From NCBI GenBank assembly GCA_963810935.1, contig CAWEPK010000010.1, forward strand, positions 32,001 through 96,000: DNA of 64,000 bases. The letters are read 5' to 3'. This document shows positions 58,806 to 64,000 of the stretch, piece after piece (within the stretch, counting starts at the first letter, position 1; each line of letters opens with the position of its first letter). The position numbers were made by a program, and so were the translations under genes. This stretch comes from an uncultured delta proteobacterium (GTDB lineage Bacteria; Desulfobacterota; Syntrophorhabdia; Syntrophorhabdales; WCHB1-27). The notes under the pieces are model-generated. The model was not told the origin of the DNA and made no database searches. It worked only from the letters and a program-made list of their open reading frames with translations.

Positions 58806-61800
58806 ATGCTACACTTTTTCCTGCAAAAAGATAAAAGCCTGGAATACTGCTTCAACGTCGAGACTTCGGGCGAGCTGGATGCGAACGAGCTTTCCATCCT
58901 GCAACACCTGCTGGCCGACGGTTTCGTAGCCCGGACCATATCGACGCGGCCCGAAGGCGGCGATGGCGGCAAAGTTGTCGAGCTAGGCCCGCGAATGAAC
59001 TTCGCCACCGCCTACTCGACAAATATCGTCGCCATATGCCAGACCATCGGGCTCGAAAAGGTCTCCCGCATAGAACGCTCAAGGAGATACGCGGTCGCCG
59101 CCGGTGCTGACGCGGAAGAGTTCGTCCGGGAACACTATGACCGGATGACCGAGTGCCCATATAACGAGCCGCTGCAAACGTTCGAGACCGGGGCAAAGCC
59201 GGAGCCCGTCTTCAATGTCCCTTTGACGGTGAAAGGCGTCAGCGCCTTCCTCGACGTGCCGGGCCTTGCCATGGACGACTGGGACAAGAACCTCTATTAC
59301 AACTACTTCGTAAAGGAAGAAGGCCGGGACCCGACCATAGTTGAGATAAGGGACCTGGACAACGCCAACAGCGAGCACTCAAGGCACGGCTACTTCAGGG
59401 GAAAACAGGTGATCGACGGCGCCCCCATGCCCGAAACGCTCATGGAGATAGTCAAATCGACTCTGAAGGCCAACCCGTCGAACAGCATCATAGCCTTCAA
59501 AGACAACTCGAGCGGGATCATGGGATACGACTGCTGGACGATCCTGCCCGAGCAGCCGGGCAAACCCGCGCCTTTCGGGAAAAAGAAGGTTACGTACCAT
59601 ATTATTTTTACGGCCGAGACGCACAACTTCCCGACGGGTGTCGCACCCTTCCCCGGCGCGGAAACGGGCACGGGCGGGAGGATCCGCGACGTCCAGGCAA
59701 CGGGTAAAGGCGGGCTGGTCCTGGCCGGCACTGCCGGCTATTGCACGGGCAACCTGCTCATCCCCGGATACGAGCTTCCCTGGGAAGACCCCGGCCTCGC
59801 CTATCCCTCGAACCTCGCCCCTTCCCTGGATATGGAGATAGAGGCAAGCAACGGCGCGAGCGATTACGGGAACAAGTTCGGCGAGCCGGTCGTGGCGGGC
59901 TTCACCCGGTCTTTCGACCAGAAGCTCCCCGGCGGAGAACGGTGGGGATGGGTCAAAAAAGTCATGTTCACTGGCGGCCTGGGCCAGATCGATGGCAGGC
60001 ACGTCGAGAAGGATGAAGCCGAGAAAGGGATGCTCATCGTACAGATAGGCGGTCCCGCGTACGGAATAGGCGTCGGCGGAGGCTCGGCCTCAAGCAAGCT
60101 CCAGGGCGAGAACGAGGCGGAGCTTGATTTTAACGCAGTGCAACGCGGCGACGCGGAGATGGAACAGAAGATGAACCGCGTCATTCGGGCCTGCATCGAG
60201 ATGGGTGATAATAACCCGATCGTGAGCATCCACGACCAGGGGGCGGGCGGCCCTGCCAACGTCCTCAAGGAGCTCGTCGAGAAATCGGGCGGCAAAATCG
60301 AGCTGCGGCGGATCAAGCTGGGGGACCCTACTCTCCCCGTACTCAAGATATGGATAGCGGAATACCAGGAGCGTTGCGGCGTTCTCATCACCCCCGAGCG
60401 GATCGAAGATTTCAAAAACATATGCGACAGGGAAAAGGTGACGTGCGAGTTACTGGGGGAAGTCACGGGCGACGGCCGCTTCGTGGTACACGACGAGAGC
60501 GACAACAGCACGCCTGTTAACCTCAACCTGGGCAAGGTCCTGGGCGACATGCCTCAGAAGACATTCAACGACCGCAGACTCCCTTCCTCGCTCGAGCCCG
60601 TGCAGCTTCCGGACAAGCTGTCCGTAGACCAGGCCCTTTCCCGCGTGCTCCGCGACCTCGCGGTCGGCTCCAAGCGGTTCCTCACCAACAAAGTGGACCG
60701 CAGCGTTACAGGCCTGATCGCGCGGCAGCAGTGCTGCGGTCCGCTCCAATTAGCAGTCGCCGACGTCGCCGTTTTGGCCCAGAGCCATTTCGGCCTTACG
60801 GGGGCGGCAACGTCTATCGGCGAGCAGCCGATCAAAATGCTGGTAGACGCGAAAGCCGGCGCGCGGATGGCGGTCGGCGAGGCGCTTACGAATATCGTGT
60901 GGGCCGGGATCGACGGCCTGTCCTCCGTCAAGTGCTCCGCCAACTGGATGTGGGCGCCCAAGCTGCCCGGAGAAGGGGCAGCCTTTTACGACGCAGCGTG
61001 CGCCATGCGCGATTTGATGGTCAACCTCGGCATCGCGGTCGACGGAGGCAAAGACAGCCTTTCAATGGCAACCATGGTAGGGGAAGAAGTAGTGAAGTCG
61101 CCGCGCCAGTTAGTCGTCTCCGCCTATGCGACCGTACCCGACATCACGAAAGTCGTAACACCGGACATAAAGGAAGCCGGAAAAAGCAAGCTGATCTTCA
61201 TCGATATGTCCGTGGGCAAGTGCCGGCTCGGTGCATCCGCGCTCGCGCAGGTTTACGGTCAGATGGGGGACGAATGTCCGGACGTTGACGACCCCGGCAG
61301 CCTCAAGTCCGCGTTCGACGCAATTCAGAATTTGATCTCGAAAAACCTGCTCCTTGCGGGGCACGACGTAAGCGACGGCGGCCTCATAACTACGCTTCTG
61401 GAGATGGCCTTTGCCGGGAACTGCGGCTTGAGCATAACGATGGACGGGCCGTGGACCGCACTCGAAAGGCTCTTCGCGGAAGAATTGGGGGCGGTCATCG
61501 AGTGCAGGGCCGGTGATTTCCCAGCCGTAACGGAAGCACTCGCCGCGGCCGGCGCCAAGGCATCGGTCATAGGGGAGACCGCGCAGGAGAAGAGGATCAC
61601 CGTCAGGTACAACGGCCGGGCTGTCCTCCAATCCGACATGCCTGTTCTCAGGCAGTTGTGGGAAGATACGTCCTACCAACTGGAGCGACTCCAAGTTAAC
61701 ACCGCCTGCGCCGAGATGGAAAGACGAAATATTTTCGACCGCAAGGGGCCGGACTATAAAGTCACGTTCAAGCCGGAGCCGACACCGGCCCGTCTGATGG

Positions 61801-62627
61801 AGCTTAAAGAAAAACCGAAGGTCGCCATCCTCAGGGAAGAGGGGAGCAACGGCGACCGCGAGATGACGTCGGCCTTCTTCCAGGCGGGGTTTGAGCCGTG
61901 GGACGTTTCGATGACCGACATGATCGCAGGGCGGGTCAGTCTGGAGGGTTTCAGAGGGCTGGTTGCAGTAGGCGGCTTCTCGTATGCCGACGTCCCGGAG
62001 AGCGCCAAGGGCTGGGCCGCGACTATTCGATATAACGAAAAGCTCAGGAAGATGTTCGAAGATTTTTACAAAAGGCCGGATACCTTCTCCTTGGGCGTCT
62101 GCAACGGCTGCCAGCTTTTCGGGCTCCTCGGATTGGTGCCCTGGCTTGGCATCCCCGACGACAGGCAGCCGCGCTTTATCCGGAATGTGTCGGGACGTTT
62201 CGAGTCACGCTGGGTGACCGTCAGGATCACGGAGAGCCCGGCTATCATGTTCAGGGAAATGGCAGGCTCGGACTTGGGCGTCTGGGTGGCCCACGGCGAA
62301 GGCAAGCTGCTGTTCCCGGACAAATCCCTTCTGGACGAGGTCGTCCGCAAGAAGCTCGTCTCCGTTGTCTTTATCGACGATGAAGGCAAGGTGGACGGCA
62401 GTGAGGTTTCACAAAGCTACCCGTTCAACCCGAACGGCTCACCTTACGGCATTACCGGACTTTGCACGGAAGACGGGCGCCACCTGGCGATGATGCCTCA
62501 CCCGGAGCGGACGTTCCTCAAGTGGCAATGGGCGTGGATGCCCGGCGACATGGAGCGCTCGCTGGAGGCGTCGCCGTGGATCAGGATGTTCCAGAACGCA
62601 AGGGCCTGGTGCGACGAGGTCAAGTAA
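58806..62627 (+). CDS. purL: Phosphoribosylformylglycinamidine synthase, large single-chain type
   Basis: NSEHSRH, ETHNFPT, HDQGAGG, LGVCNGCQ, AMMPHPER; 1273 aa. Confidence 0.97.
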   Translation: MLHFFLQKDKSLEYCFNVETSGELDANELSILQHLLADGFVARTISTRPEGGDGGKVVELGPRMNFATAYSTNIVAICQTIGLEKVSRIERSRRYAVAAGADAEEFVREHYDRMTECPYNEPLQTFETGAKPEPVFNVPLTVKGVSAFLDVPGLAMDDWDKNLYYNYFVKEEGRDPTIVEIRDLDNANSEHSRHGYFRGKQVIDGAPMPETLMEIVKSTLKANPSNSIIAFKDNSSGIMGYDCWTILPEQPGKPAPFGKKKVTYHIIFTAETHNFPTGVAPFPGAETGTGGRIRDVQATGKGGLVLAGTAGYCTGNLLIPGYELPWEDPGLAYPSNLAPSLDMEIEASNGASDYGNKFGEPVVAGFTRSFDQKLPGGERWGWVKKVMFTGGLGQIDGRHVEKDEAEKGMLIVQIGGPAYGIGVGGGSASSKLQGENEAELDFNAVQRGDAEMEQKMNRVIRACIEMGDNNPIVSIHDQGAGGPANVLKELVEKSGGKIELRRIKLGDPTLPVLKIWIAEYQERCGVLITPERIEDFKNICDREKVTCELLGEVTGDGRFVVHDESDNSTPVNLNLGKVLGDMPQKTFNDRRLPSSLEPVQLPDKLSVDQALSRVLRDLAVGSKRFLTNKVDRSVTGLIARQQCCGPLQLAVADVAVLAQSHFGLTGAATSIGEQPIKMLVDAKAGARMAVGEALTNIVWAGIDGLSSVKCSANWMWAPKLPGEGAAFYDAACAMRDLMVNLGIAVDGGKDSLSMATMVGEEVVKSPRQLVVSAYATVPDITKVVTPDIKEAGKSKLIFIDMSVGKCRLGASALAQVYGQMGDECPDVDDPGSLKSAFDAIQNLISKNLLLAGHDVSDGGLITTLLEMAFAGNCGLSITMDGPWTALERLFAEELGAVIECRAGDFPAVTEALAAAGAKASVIGETAQEKRITVRYNGRAVLQSDMPVLRQLWEDTSYQLERLQVNTACAEMERRNIFDRKGPDYKVTFKPEPTPARLMELKEKPKVAILREEGSNGDREMTSAFFQAGFEPWDVSMTDMIAGRVSLEGFRGLVAVGGFSYADVPESAKGWAATIRYNEKLRKMFEDFYKRPDTFSLGVCNGCQLFGLLGLVPWLGIPDDRQPRFIRNVSGRFESRWVTVRITESPAIMFREMAGSDLGVWVAHGEGKLLFPDKSLLDEVVRKKLVSVVFIDDEGKVDGSEVSQSYPFNPNGSPYGITGLCTEDGRHLAMMPHPERTFLKWQWAWMPGDMERSLEASPWIRMFQNARAWCDEVK

Positions 62628-62660
62628 GGCTTAAGCGCGGCGCGAGACGCGCGGCGCGTG

Positions 62661-63527
62661 TCATCTTATGCTTGGGGCGAAGCCGTATTTATCGATTTGC
62701 CATCCTTCGTCCGGCATTTGCACGCCGTCGATGTATACCGTCCGGCCGTCCAGGGCGACCCTGCCTTTGCCTATCAGGTCGTGCACTGCGAAAGGATATA
62801 TCCGCCAGTCCCCTTCTTCCCGTAAGGCCATCTGGATAAGCGTGCATACGTCTTTGAGCGACTCGTAAAGATTGCCGCCCTCTCTTTGCGCGGCCGTCCG
62901 GAATTCTTCGAGGGTCCGGGCGCCGGAGCGCTCGATGAGCTTCCTTATATTGCGCAGTTCGCTGTCCCACCTCGAAAACTGCAACGATTCCGACTGGACC
63001 AATATCGGCCCTCCATCATCGCTTGCATCGACGAAGAAGACGGTAGATTTTACGCTTCTTTCGCCTGCCAGGAGCGCCTTGGCCGTGGGTATCCACCCCA
63101 GGCCCGCGTACTTCCTTGCATCCCCCGGATGGACGTTCAGGATTTTGGGGAAGTATTTGCCCGGCATCCAATCGCCTATCCACAGGTCGTAACCGGCCAG
63201 GCATATCACGTCCGGCGGACCGGAAAGGGTCTGCTCTACAAGCGTCATGATCGCCATATCGTACGCGTTTCTCTCTACGCCGTACCTCGGGACTTTCTGG
63301 AGCCCCCACATCTGCCGGAAGTAGATAGCAGAATCGAGCGCCGCCACCGGGGCGCCGTTCTTCCTTGCCTTCCCGGCGCCGGAGCAGCCGGGTGCGTTGG
63401 TGAAGACGACATGGTGTATTCCCGGGTCTCTCTCGTATATCCTTTCGTAGTTGGTGCCGGAGCCCGATACTCCACAGGCGTACACCATCGGTTTTGATGC
63501 CGGATCGTAAATCAACGTTGCCGCCAT
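62661..63527 (-). CDS. PurN-like formyltransferase (divergent)
   Basis: SGSGTN, LAGY, ILNVHP, D.GPI motifs with insertions. Confidence 0.75.
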   Translation of the reverse strand: MAATLIYDPASKPMVYACGVSGSGTNYERIYERDPGIHHVVFTNAPGCSGAGKARKNGAPVAALDSAIYFRQMWGLQKVPRYGVERNAYDMAIMTLVEQTLSGPPDVICLAGYDLWIGDWMPGKYFPKILNVHPGDARKYAGLGWIPTAKALLAGERSVKSTVFFVDASDDGGPILVQSESLQFSRWDSELRNIRKLIERSGARTLEEFRTAAQREGGNLYESLKDVCTLIQMALREEGDWRIYPFAVHDLIGKGRVALDGRTVYIDGVQMPDEGWQIDKYGFAPSIR

Positions 63528-63657
63528 TGTTCGCACCTGCCTCGGAAACATTATGCCGCGTGTGCCTATTTGATAACAAAAAGGGCGCTGTCTGTCAAGG
63601 CGGAAGGCCGAGGAGATAATGCCTTTGAAGTAAATCCGCCTGCTAACGGCGGTATCG

Positions 63658-63686
63658 TTGACACGTGGCCGGAACGCGGCTAAAAT
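63658..63686 (+). promoter_or_regulatory. Sigma70 promoter of tRNA-Leu
   Basis: TTGACA-N17-TAAAAT ending 8 nt before the tRNA 5' end. Confidence 0.75.
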
Positions 63687-63693
63687 AAGGCAG

Positions 63694-63782
63694 GCCGAAG
63701 TGGTGGAACAGGCAGACGCGCCGGACTCAAAATCCGGTGGGGCTTACACCCCGTGCGGGTTCGATTCCCGTCTTCGGCACCA
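63694..63782 (+). tRNA. tRNA-Leu(CAA) with encoded CCA
   Basis: GCCGAAG..CCGGA-CTCAAAA-TCCGG, long variable arm, GGTTCGATTCC, CTTCGGC-A-CCA. Confidence 0.97.
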
Positions 63783-63817
63783 GTGATTTAGAGGACTTAC
63801 CGCTCATCCTTTTCTGC

Positions 63818-64000
63818 TTATCTGCGACTATTAATTGAAATTGTGCCCGGAATTGTGCCCACCTGCGCCTGTTCGGTAGTTTCTCGACTCTCTTCATGAA
63901 GAGCCGCAACTCGCTCACAGGCCCGCTTGAGGTCTTCCTCGTTGGTGATGTTGTACCTATCAAATACGGCCCGCGTCTTATGGCCGCTGATCTTCATGGC
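63818..64000 (-). mobile_element. C-terminus of a tyrosine recombinase/integrase (partial, runs off the window)
   Basis: Hand translation from 64000: [29 protein letters not shown], containing the box II GH..Y catalytic motif; converges on the tRNA-Leu 3' end. Confidence 0.85.
63839..63860. repeat. Tandem 10-bp direct repeat, candidate integrase arm-type sites
   Basis: AATTGTGCCC-GG-AATTGTGCCC about 57 nt downstream of the tRNA 3' end. Confidence 0.55.

Noticed and set aside
63727..63963. 78-aa minus-strand ORF overlapping tRNA-Leu
   Set aside because: Wrong frame; the integrase motif lies in a different frame ending at 63818, and this ORF runs antisense through the tRNA.
1..64000. CRISPR array, rRNA, IS transposase or defence system
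   Set aside because: No repeat-spacer periodicity, rRNA-like sequence, transposase or recognisable defence gene seen.

Overview
A 64-kb, GC-rich, gene-dense chromosomal segment. Gene content suggests a strictly anaerobic deltaproteobacterium, possibly Syntrophorhabdaceae-like (inference only). Most of it is housekeeping: surE-fbp-miaB-DUF151-hisC-cmk-ispH-rpsA-trm112-lpxL, hemB-ahbD-polA, secA-argJ, pyrF-rlmB, purL, a purN-like gene and three tRNAs. It also carries a fused NfnAB-type transhydrogenase behind a Rex/CRP-like operator, a 4-hydroxybenzoyl-CoA-reductase-like molybdoenzyme operon and a three-gene two-component cluster. The most notable feature is a four-gene operon of apparently exported redox proteins at 54991-58562. 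Two of its ORFs, which the ORF track splits, are single genes read through an in-frame TGA at a Cys-motif position (GD-U-GSC in a UGSC-family fusion; N-U-AC in a DUF1573-like protein), each followed by a SECIS-like hairpin. These two candidate selenoproteins sit with a tetraheme cytochrome c and a CxC rhodanese. Other points: the hybrid kinase looks like a duplication-deletion chimera of its two neighbours; cmk has no canonical start codon and lies in frame directly after the hisC TAG; single-base frameshifts in miaB, hemB and secA are probably assembly errors; and a tyrosine integrase at the right edge marks an element integrated at tRNA-Leu(CAA).
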